From a virus, in the IMG/VR virus record IMGVR_UViG_3300032307_000622, positions 52,303 through 116,302 of that record: a stretch of 64,000 nucleotides of DNA; one strand, written 5' to 3'. This document shows positions 1 to 9,093 of the stretch, in pieces. The position numbers were made by a program, and so were the translations under genes. Each line of letters starts with the position of its first letter. Position 1 is the first letter of the stretch. A model generated the notes under the pieces. The model had not been told where the DNA came from, searched no databases, and was given only the letters and a program-made list of their open reading frames with translations.

Positions 1-149
1 GAACTGGTGCAACATCTTTTGTAGAGGCATCAGGAGTAACAATAAGAAGCAAAAACTCCCACAAAACTTTAAATACCCAGTATTCAGCTGCACAATTAGT
101 AAAAACTGATACCGATATTTGGATACTATTAGGCGATCTTAAGGCATAG
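1..149 (+). CDS. 3' end of a fibre/adaptor protein (partial), C-terminus ...TQYSAAQLVKTDTDIWILLGDLKA
   Basis: Open frame from base 3 to TAG at 147-149 (translated by hand). Aligns with the C-terminus of 9094..10665 (...TQWSSATLFKRAENTWVVFGDLSA). Confidence 0.8.
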   Translation, partial: TGATSFVEASGVTIRSKNSHKTLNTQYSAAQLVKTDTDIWILLGDLKA

Positions 150-157
150 GAGGTCCA

Positions 158-1159
158 ATGTTAAATGCTGGAATCCTTGCATCTTCGTCTTCCCTAGTTT
201 TAGTGCCAGATCTATCAAACTTTAATCTTGCCCAGGTTAACTCAGCATTGCAGACAGCTGGGCTTGTTGTTGGCACTGTTACGACTACAGGAACAAACGC
301 TACACCATCAAATAGTGGACTAGTTTCCTCACAATCGCCAACTGCTGGAACGCTTGTTGAAAGATTTAGTCAGGTAAATTATGTAACCTACTCATATACA
401 GCACCAAGTCCAACACCAACACCAATTACGCCAACACCAGTTACACCAACCCCAGCAAACTGGTATGCAGCTGGGTGTTGTAACGGTTCTCCAATATATG
501 ATTCAGATAATGACTATAATACTCTTAATCAAAGATTTACAGCATCATGTGCTGGTGGAACGCTAACAAATACATCTATTGGTACTACATCTTTTATGTC
601 TGTGACCTGTACTCCAGCTCCAGTTCCAGCTCCATCACAAGATATTCCAGTTTGGTATGGTGCTGCCTGTTGTGGAGGAACTGCAATAACATCTTCAAGT
701 GCCGCTAGCTCGTCAAACGTTTATGACAATCTTGATGCAAACTGTATTGGCGGAACAATTTATAACGCAACAGTTATTTTGGGAACTTTTGGAAATCCAA
801 GTTATCCATCTATTAGCTGTACCTCAACACCTACACCAAGTACGCCAACACCAGGTGGAACAGTCTGGTATTGTAGCTATAGCGGAACTGATGGATCTGC
901 TAGAACAACCCAGACATCAGATTTAACACAAACAGGAGACTGTGACTATGCTGTTGTGTGTAGCACTTCTGGATATCCAGCCTACCCAAGCTATACCCCA
1001 TGTGGTGGCTCTACACCTACACCAACACCTACACCAACACCTACACCTACACCAACTCCATCTGGCGGAGGAACTTGTGGTTCTGCTTGTGGAAACTGTC
1101 TAGACTATGGATGTACATGGTATTACAGTGGACCATTTGGCCCATACTGCCAATGCTAA
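158..1159 (+). CDS. PASTA-domain protein with Pro/Thr linkers and Cys-rich modules (probable virion-displayed protein)
   Basis: AGGAGG RBS; VPDLSNFNL...LQTAGL...VSSQSPTAGTLV is a PASTA-like motif; PT repeats; 18 Cys in four modules (4+4+4+6). Confidence 0.75.
   Translation: MLNAGILASSSSLVLVPDLSNFNLAQVNSALQTAGLVVGTVTTTGTNATPSNSGLVSSQSPTAGTLVERFSQVNYVTYSYTAPSPTPTPITPTPVTPTPANWYAAGCCNGSPIYDSDNDYNTLNQRFTASCAGGTLTNTSIGTTSFMSVTCTPAPVPAPSQDIPVWYGAACCGGTAITSSSAASSSNVYDNLDANCIGGTIYNATVILGTFGNPSYPSISCTSTPTPSTPTPGGTVWYCSYSGTDGSARTTQTSDLTQTGDCDYAVVCSTSGYPAYPSYTPCGGSTPTPTPTPTPTPTPTPSGGGTCGSACGNCLDYGCTWYYSGPFGPYCQC
1013..1060 (+). repeat. 6-bp tandem repeat encoding (TP)8
   Basis: acacct/acacca units read directly from the sequence. 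Confidence 0.9.
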
Positions 1160-1227
1160 AAATATCATTTTTGTGATCAAGCGAACTTGTGATATAATTT
1201 TTATGATATGAGAGGACACGCCTTAAA

Positions 1228-1467
1228 ATGGAAGAAAACTTAAATCCTTGGCAAAAATATAAGAAAAATCTTGGTGACACCAGGGTTTGGGACATGGTAA
1301 ATCCAAATGCAGAACGAGTTGATGATGAGACTGCAGCAAAAAGGCTTGCAATTTGCAATGAGTGTCCAGAATTAATTAAACTTACAAAACAGTGCAAAAA
1401 GTGTGGATGCTTTATGGCTGCAAAAACTAAATTGGGTAGGGCCACCTGTCCTCTAGGGAAGTGGTAA
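1228..1467 (+). CDS. Small Cys-rich protein (DUF6171-like)
   Basis: RLAICNECP...CKKCGCFMAAK...CPLGKW pattern; GAGAGG RBS; upstream TGATATAAT. Confidence 0.75.
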   Translation: MEENLNPWQKYKKNLGDTRVWDMVNPNAERVDDETAAKRLAICNECPELIKLTKQCKKCGCFMAAKTKLGRATCPLGKW

Positions 1468-1468
1468 T

Positions 1469-2065
1469 ATGAAAAAAATCGAACTTGCAACTGGAATTAT
1501 GGTTTATGATGATGTTATTCCAAATCATGAATCACTTGTAAACGACATTGAAGAAGTTGTGTCATCAGGAGCTGTCTCTTGGCAGGCCGCCGCAGTAAAG
1601 ACATATGACCAACCAGCAGTGGATACTAACAGTAGAGACACTAGCACAATATCTGTTCCATATAGCTCACAACCTGCGGTAGATTATTCAAATCCACAAA
1701 CAACTTTCTATGGAGAGCTATCAAACATTTTTTATTCAAGCTTTGATCCTATTGAGCGTGATTATATGAATTCTTTTGGGATAAACTTTAAAGATCATTA
1801 TCCTTGGGACATTCTAAAATATGGTATTGGTCAAAAGTTTACGAACCATATAGATGATCACACAGACTATCCACGTAGAGTTTCTACTGTTTACTATATG
1901 AATGATGATTACATGGGCGGTATGATTCATTTTCCAAGATTTAACCTTAGCTTCAAGCCAAAGGCAAATCAGATGATTCTCTTCCCATCAAACTATGTTT
2001 ATAACCACTCTGTTGTTCCAGTAATAGAGGGTACTCGCTATGCAGTTGTGAGCTGGATTAACTAG
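1469..2065 (+). CDS. 2OG-Fe(II) oxygenase, prolyl-4-hydroxylase-like
   Basis: HID motif, YMNDDYMGG..F, MILFPS, distal His (YNHSV) and 2OG-binding Arg (GTRYAVVSW). Confidence 0.9.
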   Translation: MKKIELATGIMVYDDVIPNHESLVNDIEEVVSSGAVSWQAAAVKTYDQPAVDTNSRDTSTISVPYSSQPAVDYSNPQTTFYGELSNIFYSSFDPIERDYMNSFGINFKDHYPWDILKYGIGQKFTNHIDDHTDYPRRVSTVYYMNDDYMGGMIHFPRFNLSFKPKANQMILFPSNYVYNHSVVPVIEGTRYAVVSWIN

Positions 2066-2066
2066 C

Positions 2067-2657
2067 ATGAAGGAACCAGTGATTCTAGACTCAGTATTGA
2101 GTTTTGAGGATCGTAACGAGCTTGTTAATGCAGTAAAAGACTATAAGCGATTTGAATTCCAGCCTGGATTTTCTAGATACATAGCATCAGATATGACAAT
2201 ATCAAAGTTGGGGGAACTGGCAAATAGCCTAATTCCATTAGCAAGAAAAACCTTTAATAGTAACACTTTGCTACCAAGCTATACGCTTTTTTCTCATTAT
2301 GAGGGAGCTAACCCACCACCAAGCTTGTACAAGCATAAAGATGACAATGCCTGTACATATACGATAGACCTATGCCTATATCAAACTGAGCCATGGGATT
2401 TATGGGTAGATGACAAATCATACACGCTACAAGAAAATCAAGCATTAGGGTACTATGGCAACGATCAACTTCATTGGCGAGAAAAGTTTCCAAAGCCAGG
2501 GGCTCAGCATGTTGCCATGGTATTTTTTCATTTTGTAGAACCAGATCATTGGTGGTTTACAAAGGGTAGCTCATATCTAAACGTTATTCGTGGACAACTT
2601 ACTAATGATGCTTGGGAAAAAAGCGAGTCAATTCGGAAAAGTATGAATAATGTCTAA
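2067..2657 (+). CDS. Putative 2OG-Fe(II) oxygenase (HxD...HWR family)
   Basis: LYKHKD and QLHWRE motifs; paralogous to the genes at 51411-53352. Confidence 0.75.
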   Translation: MKEPVILDSVLSFEDRNELVNAVKDYKRFEFQPGFSRYIASDMTISKLGELANSLIPLARKTFNSNTLLPSYTLFSHYEGANPPPSLYKHKDDNACTYTIDLCLYQTEPWDLWVDDKSYTLQENQALGYYGNDQLHWREKFPKPGAQHVAMVFFHFVEPDHWWFTKGSSYLNVIRGQLTNDAWEKSESIRKSMNNV

Positions 2658-3131
2658 AGCAGTATTCTTGGTTGACCAAGCACTCCAGTTTTTTCCACCA
2701 TTTGACATTTGATAAGCAATTCTTGCATTAGTTAGTGGATCATACAAATCCTCATTGGAGGATAGTCCATACTTTTTTCTACGATCAGGCCCCATTGAGC
2801 CAGTCATATTAATCTGAAATAATCCATAGCAATTGCTAGACTTGTTTAGTGCCATTGGTCTTTTTGTAGATTCCTTTACGACAATGGCCCAAGCATACCT
2901 TAGCTCATATCCCCTAAATCCAGCCTCTTTTAAAATTGAGATAAGCTCTTTATCAGATAACATGGTTTTTGGGGTTCTAGTAGACTTAATAATCTCGTAG
3001 TCTCCACGTTCAAATGAAACTGTGTACGTGTTTGGAACTACCAGGCTCTGAGTCTTTGGAGAATTCAAGAATCCAAATGTGGATATAGATAGGGTTGCAC
3101 TAATTAACCCAATAGCTATGATTACATGCAT
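2628..3131 (-). CDS. Lytic transglycosylase (SLT/lysozyme-like) with N-terminal hydrophobic segment
   Basis: KES catalytic Glu, YGLFQIN, LYDPLTNARIA, NWSAW. Confidence 0.85.
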   Translation of the reverse strand: MHVIIAIGLISATLSISTFGFLNSPKTQSLVVPNTYTVSFERGDYEIIKSTRTPKTMLSDKELISILKEAGFRGYELRYAWAIVVKESTKRPMALNKSSNCYGLFQINMTGSMGPDRRKKYGLSSNEDLYDPLTNARIAYQMSNGGKNWSAWSTKNTALDIIHTFPN

Positions 3132-3769
3132 TAGTTTTCAAGTATCCTAACAAAGGTAATTTCGCTTTTCTTAAATTTTTCATCAGAAAGAGATACTAGC
3201 TCTGTTACAGTTCCCTTACGCCTAGCGTGAATGATTTCATTATTTCCAACGTATATCCCAATGTGATAATACTTTTCAGCATTATAGTGACGGAATGCAA
3301 CCAAATCTCCTACTTTGGGATAGTCCACATGAAATCCAGCATAAAGAGCTTGCTTTGTTGCAGAATGCTCTAGCTCAACACCAAGACCACGATAAAACCA
3401 AAGAGTCAGCCCTGAACAGTCCCACCCACTTGGGGTAGATCCACTAAATACATACCAGGTTTTATTTACATAGTTCCTTAGCTCAGAGACTCTTATTTCT
3501 AGCAATAGCTTGTTCTCTTTGAGCATCTTTTGTCGTTGTTTTTCAGCCTCAATCTCCAAGAGCTTTTCTTGTTGAATTTGAACAAGCTCTAATACGTCTT
3601 GTTGCTCTTGCCCAAACATCTCTGAGACGCTTTGGGGTATTACCTGACTATATGATTTTTCAGGCATCGTTGAATCTGATACAGCCTTGGCTTTTTCTGG
3701 GGTTTGAGTTGTAAGGCCCATAATAATTAGTCCAAAGACTACAATTGCAGCAATTTTTTTGTTATCCAT
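3131..3769 (-). CDS. NlpC/P60 peptidoglycan endopeptidase with signal peptide and coiled coil
   Basis: WDCSGL, HIGIY and IIHA catalytic motifs. Start moved to ATG 3769 (MDNKKIAAIVVFGLIIMG), which has an AGGAGG RBS. Confidence 0.9.
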   Translation of the reverse strand: MDNKKIAAIVVFGLIIMGLTTQTPEKAKAVSDSTMPEKSYSQVIPQSVSEMFGQEQQDVLELVQIQQEKLLEIEAEKQRQKMLKENKLLLEIRVSELRNYVNKTWYVFSGSTPSGWDCSGLTLWFYRGLGVELEHSATKQALYAGFHVDYPKVGDLVAFRHYNAEKYYHIGIYVGNNEIIHARRKGTVTELVSLSDEKFKKSEITFVRILEN

Positions 3770-3834
3770 TGCTACCTCCTTTTTATTCTTTTCGTAGTTA
3801 CGGCTCTTACACAGCCTCACCGACAATATTTTTA

Positions 3835-3909
3835 TTAGTGCGATAGCAATAAAATTGTCTGTTTTTTAGAGTTAGTACTCAATGTCACTTTGTTGTTACT
3901 CTGTTTCAT
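3835..3909 (-). CDS. 24-aa upstream ORF / possible leader peptide (MKQSNNKVTLSTNSKKQTILLLSH)
   Basis: AGGAGG RBS upstream of ATG 3909; TAA at 3837-3835. Confidence 0.4.
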   Translation of the reverse strand: MKQSNNKVTLSTNSKKQTILLLSH

Positions 3910-3958
3910 CGTTTTGTCCTCCTAGAACAAAAACTCCCTTTTCAGGAAGTTGGATATA

Positions 3959-4006
3959 ATTATACCATTATTTAACCCCATGTTCAACTTTTTTGCGTGG
4001 TATAAT
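3959..4006. promoter_or_regulatory. Divergent extended -10 promoters (TGGTATAAT on each strand)
   Basis: Minus strand TGGTATAAT at 3967-3959; plus strand TGGTATAAT at 3998-4006, 6 nt before ATG 4013. Confidence 0.7.
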
Positions 4007-4012
4007 TATTGG

Positions 4013-4516
4013 ATGGCAACTGGACAATCGGACGCATATGATCTACCCTATCCATTAGCAGAGGATAATGTTAATGTTCATGGGGATATTAAGCAGCTAG
4101 TAGAAAAACTTGAGGCTGTCTTGCCCCTAGCATCATATTCACAGGTAAATGTGTTAAATAATAGTGGACAAGTAATTAATGCTGGAGATCCAGTATATGT
4201 TACTGGATATACCACTGCTACAACGGTAGCTAAAGCTACACAAAGTACAACGGCACCAATCTTAGGATTGGCAAAAAGTTCAATCGTTAACAATGCTAAT
4301 GGAATTGTTGTAGTGTCTGGAATCATTCAAAATATTAATACATCTGCATTTGCTGCTGGAGATATTTTGCATGCAGGAACAAACGGCGGACTGACTAACG
4401 CAGAATTGCCTGGCGGAGCAGTAGCCGTTGTTGTTTATGCAGCTGAAAATGGAATAGTCTCTGTTGACTCAAAAGGTAATGGAACATGGGGGGCACTAAA
4501 AGCTGGACTAGCTTAA
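4013..4516 (+). CDS. Virion structural/fibre-associated protein
   Basis: Probable leaderless start MATGQSDAYDLPYP; Gly/Val beta-rich body; located in the fibre cluster. Confidence 0.55.
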   Translation: MATGQSDAYDLPYPLAEDNVNVHGDIKQLVEKLEAVLPLASYSQVNVLNNSGQVINAGDPVYVTGYTTATTVAKATQSTTAPILGLAKSSIVNNANGIVVVSGIIQNINTSAFAAGDILHAGTNGGLTNAELPGGAVAVVVYAAENGIVSVDSKGNGTWGALKAGLA

Positions 4517-4534
4517 TAGTGATATAATGATAAA

Positions 4535-4927
4535 ATGGTAAGAACAGCTGCTTATAATGTAGGGAACACTCCTCCAAGAGTTACTTGGACAGTTGTTCGT
4601 GGCGATACCGCATCATTTAGGGCATACGTAACAGATGACTTCAAAGTAGCCTTAAATATCCCAGACTGGACAATTTCCATGAAGATCAAGCGTCCAAATC
4701 TTGCCATCAATGCTGGAAAGATTACGGATGATGCAACCCTTGTTTTAATTCTATCACCAGAACCCATTGATGGCGATGGGGCTGGAGAGTTTACAGTTTC
4801 TTTAACAGCAGAAGAGTCTAATGTTCTTCAAACTGGGGATATTTTTGACATCCAGCTATCTGATGCTACAAGAGTTTGGACAGTTGCTCAGGGCAGCATG
4901 ATAATTCTTGAAGATGTGACAGACTAA
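4535..4927 (+). CDS. BppU-N-like structural protein
   Basis: RGDT..F...W...GEFTVSLTAEES...FDIQL...TVAQG...DVT pattern. Confidence 0.6.
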   Translation: MVRTAAYNVGNTPPRVTWTVVRGDTASFRAYVTDDFKVALNIPDWTISMKIKRPNLAINAGKITDDATLVLILSPEPIDGDGAGEFTVSLTAEESNVLQTGDIFDIQLSDATRVWTVAQGSMIILEDVTD

Positions 4928-5151
4928 TGGCCTTTGTAAAGATTTCGGAACGCAACTATTCTTCTAAAATAAAAAAGCATTTTAGCTATGGCATTTTTAG
5001 AATTGGCAAAACTTCTAGAAAAGTAGAGATAAAAGAGGTTCTTCCTTTTAGGATTAAGTTTACAAATACCAACATTAGAAGCAACTATGGACCAGGTAAT
5101 GCTGCCCCAATCGGAATAGCAATTATTGGCCTAAACAATTACGTAATGTAA
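4927..5151 (+). CDS. Small structural protein, unknown function
   Basis: Coupled to the upstream gene (TAATG); C-terminal APIGIAIIG. Confidence 0.55.
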   Translation: MAFVKISERNYSSKIKKHFSYGIFRIGKTSRKVEIKEVLPFRIKFTNTNIRSNYGPGNAAPIGIAIIGLNNYVM

Positions 5152-5174
5152 ATAAACAATGATATAATTTAATC

Positions 5175-5621
5175 ATGTCTAGAACAACCCTATCTTATGT
5201 AAAGACCAGATTTGAGACTGGTGACCGTCCAGAGCAGCAAGACTACGTTGACCTAATTGATACAGTGTCAGCCCAGTCAACTGACCTTGGTACTTTTGGA
5301 AATAACGAAAACACAATCAATGAAATCGAAAACGTAACAGTTCTTGATAGCTTTGATGCGACTGTTTGGAGAATGGTTAAGTACCTGATTTCTATTTCTA
5401 AAACCACAAACGGAGATAATAAGTTCTACGCAACAGAATTGACCATACTAGTTGACGGTAACAACGTTAATGTTAGCGAATATGGAACGATAGACAACGA
5501 TGGGAATATGGGAACCATAAGCGTCTCTAGAGCTGGAGATACAGTGGCAATTACACTAACTCCAGATTCAGTAATCAAGCCAGTAACTGTACGTTATGCA
5601 CGTATGGGACTTAAGGCATAG
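5175..5621 (+). CDS. Structural protein, paralogous to the C-terminal domain of 5639..8542
   Basis: FETGDRP..DYVDLID N-terminus; shared K(Y/F)L...E....D....V/I-(S/T)EYG domain. Confidence 0.6.
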   Translation: MSRTTLSYVKTRFETGDRPEQQDYVDLIDTVSAQSTDLGTFGNNENTINEIENVTVLDSFDATVWRMVKYLISISKTTNGDNKFYATELTILVDGNNVNVSEYGTIDNDGNMGTISVSRAGDTVAITLTPDSVIKPVTVRYARMGLKA

Positions 5622-5638
5622 ACTAATAGGAGATAATA

Positions 5639-8542
5639 ATGGCAACAGTAAACAAGAATTTTAAGGTCAAGCATGGCTTGGTCGTTGAAGGTACCACAGG
5701 TACCATTGCTGGTGAGGACATCCTTACCAAAAAGCAAGAAGATATTGATTATATTATTGATCAAGTTGGTGGCTCTGGTGTTCCTACTAATACCCCAAAT
5801 ACCCTAGTCCTTCGTGATGAAAACGGAGACTTCGCTGCTAACGATATTACAGCAAATGAAATTAGCATTGGCTCAATAGGTCGCATTTACGATGACGGTG
5901 GCGACATGGTCATTGACAATCTTGATGGCAACGATGTTACGATTAATGCTGATGATATTAGACTTAATGCACAAGATGATGTTCGTGTCAGTGCAAACGA
6001 TTTAGTTCAGCTTACATCTAATAATGGAGACATTGAGCTGGTTGCAAATGGCAATGTCTACATTGGGACTGACAATAGTCCAGAATATGTGGTAGTTGCC
6101 AAGGGAACACTTGACAGCCACATTGGTGATGTAACTGTTGACGGCACTGCAGGAAACACTGTAACTGACAGAATTGCTACTGCTAAGCAGGAAGCTATTG
6201 ATGCTGGTTCTTCAGACGTAACCACTCACTCAAACCTTACAACTGGAGTTCACGGTGTAACTGGTGATGTTGTTGGAACAACTGACACTCAGACACTTAC
6301 AAACAAGACTCTTGGTTCTGGAACTAATCTTTCTGTAAACCTAGACATGAACGGTAACAAGATTGAAGATCTTGGAACACCTACTGCTGGTACAGATGCT
6401 ACAACTAAGAACTATGTAGACGATGGAGATACCGCAACTCTTGGTTCCGCCAACTCCTACACAGATGACGAAATTACTGCACTAGACACTTCTCTAAAGG
6501 CTTATGCAGACCAGGCAGAGTCAGATGCAATTAGCTCAGCAGCTTCAGCTGCAGCAGCTCTATATGCACCACTTGCTGGAGCAACCTTTACTGGTGATGT
6601 TATCCTTCCTGGAGACCCTACCCAGGCTCTAGGTGCAGCTACAAAGCAGTACGTAGACGCAGTTGCAGAAGGACTACACGTTCACGCATCTACAGTTGCA
6701 GCTACTACCGCAAACGTGGATCTTGCAACAGGTGGATTGCTAACAATTGATGGCGTAGGTCTTAATGAAGACGAGCGTGTTCTTGTTAAGAATCAGTCAA
6801 ATGCAACTCAGAACGGTATCTACCTAGCCAAGCCTGGTGCTTGGGTACGTGCAGATGACTACAACTCTGCTGCAGAAATTCAGGGTGGTGACTTTACCTT
6901 CGTAACTGGCGGTAACACTTACGCAAATACTGGATGGGTTCAGACAAATGTTGTAACAACTCTAGGAACATCCACAATTAACTTCGACCAGTTCTCTGGT
7001 GCTGGAGAATATGTTGCAGGTACTGGTCTAACTCTAAATGGAAACTCATTCGCTATTGATGATACCGTTACAGCTACCAAGTCTTACGTAGATGGCGAAA
7101 TTTCAGACCTAGACGCTGCTGCTCAAGGCTATGCAGATGATGCAGAGGTTGATGCAAAAGCGTACACTGATCAGCGTGAAAGTGCAATCACAACTGCTTA
7201 CCAAGGTTATGCAGATAACGCAGAAGCTGATGCAAAGCTTTACACAGATCAGGAAATTTCTGCTCTAAACACTGATGACATTGAAGAAGGTCTTACCAAC
7301 GAATACTTCACAGATGCTCGTGCGAAAGGATCTGCTGCAGATCTTTTGGTAAATGCTAATAAGACAAACATTACCATTACTGGAAACGAAGATGGTCTAA
7401 CCATTACTGCAGAAAATGGTGTTGCTCAGTCTACCACAGACGATTTGACTGAAGGATCAGCAAACCTATACTTCACAGATGCTCGTGCTCAGGCTGCAGT
7501 TGCAGGAGATATAACTACTGCAATAAACGCTCTTGACACTGATGCTATTGAAGAGGGCGTAGGCAATCTTTACTTTACAGATCAGCGAGCACTTACTGCT
7601 ACATCTTCAGCATATGACCCAGCAGGTTCTGCTCAGGGTGCTTATGACAATGCAGTGTCTTACACAAACACAACGCTTGAAAATTACACTCCAACAAACT
7701 CGCTAGATTCAGTAGTTGATAATTTTGGATTCCTCAAGCAAGAAGATCTTACAGGCTATGCAACAGAAACCTATGCTAATAATGCTGCAAATACAGCACA
7801 GCAAAATGCAGAAAGCTATGCAGATTCCAAGATCAGTGATTCCTCATCTGCCTCAGACAAGGTTTGGTCCGCATACAAGACAAGCACTGAGATTAGTCTT
7901 GCTCAGGCAGCTGCAGAGCTACACGCAGATAACGCAATTGCTGCTCTCGTAGATGCTGCACCATCAACTCTAGACACTCTAAATGAGTTGGCTGCAGCAC
8001 TTCAGGATAACCCAGACATCATTTCTGACCTTCAGGATATTGCTGCTGGAAAGCAGGATACACTAACTGCTGGAGCAAACATTGACATTACAGGGGCAAC
8101 AATCTCTGTAACTGGTCTAGACACTAACGATGTTTCTGAGGGTACAAACCTGTACTTTACAGACCAGAGAGCAATTGATGCAGTTCAGAATACAACTCCA
8201 GTCTTCTCAGCAGTTGATATTGATTCAGTTGCTAAGCAGGTTGCAGCAAGTCTTGAAGCATCAACAGCAGGACTTCAGGTAGCATATGCCTGGAACAAGT
8301 CAGAATATCGTTCAGCAGAATTCCTTGTAAAGGTTGAAACCTTGACAAACTCTGAAATTTCAAAGATTCTTCTGACACTTGATTCTTCAGACAACATTGC
8401 AATTACTGAATATGGAATTGTTGGAACAAATGGCTCAATGTCATCTGTTTCAGCAGGTATCTCAGGATCAGATGTACAACTTGAGGTAACAACCACTAAC
8501 AATAACTCAGTAGTTACTGTTATGGGAACTCTACTAGCATAA
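5639..8542 (+). CDS. Long tail fibre/spike protein
   Basis: ATKxYVD motifs, ERVLVKNQ..QNGIY..W.RA.D module, four T(D/N)xxxEG..N.YFTDxRA repeats, APSTLDTLNELAAAL motif. Confidence 0.8.
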   Translation: MATVNKNFKVKHGLVVEGTTGTIAGEDILTKKQEDIDYIIDQVGGSGVPTNTPNTLVLRDENGDFAANDITANEISIGSIGRIYDDGGDMVIDNLDGNDVTINADDIRLNAQDDVRVSANDLVQLTSNNGDIELVANGNVYIGTDNSPEYVVVAKGTLDSHIGDVTVDGTAGNTVTDRIATAKQEAIDAGSSDVTTHSNLTTGVHGVTGDVVGTTDTQTLTNKTLGSGTNLSVNLDMNGNKIEDLGTPTAGTDATTKNYVDDGDTATLGSANSYTDDEITALDTSLKAYADQAESDAISSAASAAAALYAPLAGATFTGDVILPGDPTQALGAATKQYVDAVAEGLHVHASTVAATTANVDLATGGLLTIDGVGLNEDERVLVKNQSNATQNGIYLAKPGAWVRADDYNSAAEIQGGDFTFVTGGNTYANTGWVQTNVVTTLGTSTINFDQFSGAGEYVAGTGLTLNGNSFAIDDTVTATKSYVDGEISDLDAAAQGYADDAEVDAKAYTDQRESAITTAYQGYADNAEADAKLYTDQEISALNTDDIEEGLTNEYFTDARAKGSAADLLVNANKTNITITGNEDGLTITAENGVAQSTTDDLTEGSANLYFTDARAQAAVAGDITTAINALDTDAIEEGVGNLYFTDQRALTATSSAYDPAGSAQGAYDNAVSYTNTTLENYTPTNSLDSVVDNFGFLKQEDLTGYATETYANNAANTAQQNAESYADSKISDSSSASDKVWSAYKTSTEISLAQAAAELHADNAIAALVDAAPSTLDTLNELAAALQDNPDIISDLQDIAAGKQDTLTAGANIDITGATISVTGLDTNDVSEGTNLYFTDQRAIDAVQNTTPVFSAVDIDSVAKQVAASLEASTAGLQVAYAWNKSEYRSAEFLVKVETLTNSEISKILLTLDSSDNIAITEYGIVGTNGSMSSVSAGISGSDVQLEVTTTNNNSVVTVMGTLLA

Positions 8543-8560
8543 TAAGGCAAAGGTGATAAA

Positions 8561-9022
8561 GTGACTGTAGAAAATAAAGACTTTAAAGTCAAGCATGGTC
8601 TTCAGGTTGCTAACGGCGGTATATTTGGTGCTGCAGTTGTGGTTGGTACTCCAACAGAAAATACACACGCTGCAACTAAAGAATATGTAGACTCTGTAGC
8701 AGCAGCTCCACTTGTCCCAATTGAGTCAGATGCCCCAGAGGCTCCAATAGATGGACAGATGTATTTTGATGCAGAATCAAAGAGATTAGCAATCTATCAT
8801 GATGGAGTTTGGACAACACTTGCAACATTGGCAGATGCCGCAGAGTTGCCACAACACATTCACGATACAGCAATTGGCGGTACTGGTTTAATCGTAAGTA
8901 CTTTCGTAGATGCTGGGTTTTATAACGATTCTTCTTCTACACCAGTAGATGCAGGATACTATAACACATCGTCTTGGAATGAGACTTGGGATGGCGGACT
9001 AGCTATCGACAACTTTAACTAA
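8561..9022 (+). CDS. Short fibre-associated protein
   Basis: N-terminus NKDFKVKHGL matches the N-terminus of 5639; HAATKEYVD and P..P.DGQMYFD motifs. Confidence 0.65.
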   Translation: MTVENKDFKVKHGLQVANGGIFGAAVVVGTPTENTHAATKEYVDSVAAAPLVPIESDAPEAPIDGQMYFDAESKRLAIYHDGVWTTLATLADAAELPQHIHDTAIGGTGLIVSTFVDAGFYNDSSSTPVDAGYYNTSSWNETWDGGLAIDNFN

Positions 9023-9093
9023 TTCATAATAAAATAGATGATATAATTATGAATAGAACACTTGGGTAAACCCCACTTAGAGGAGATATAGAC

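Noticed and set aside
3780-3950. c-di-AMP (ydaO) riboswitch upstream of the wall hydrolases
   Set aside because: Expected from context, but I could not find the conserved ydaO sequence elements; kept only as an unassigned structured leader.
3950-4012. ORF-track upstream extensions (3950, 35055, 49619, 55712, and 3826 on the minus strand)
   Set aside because: Downstream starts fit RBS or leaderless signals and gene packing better.
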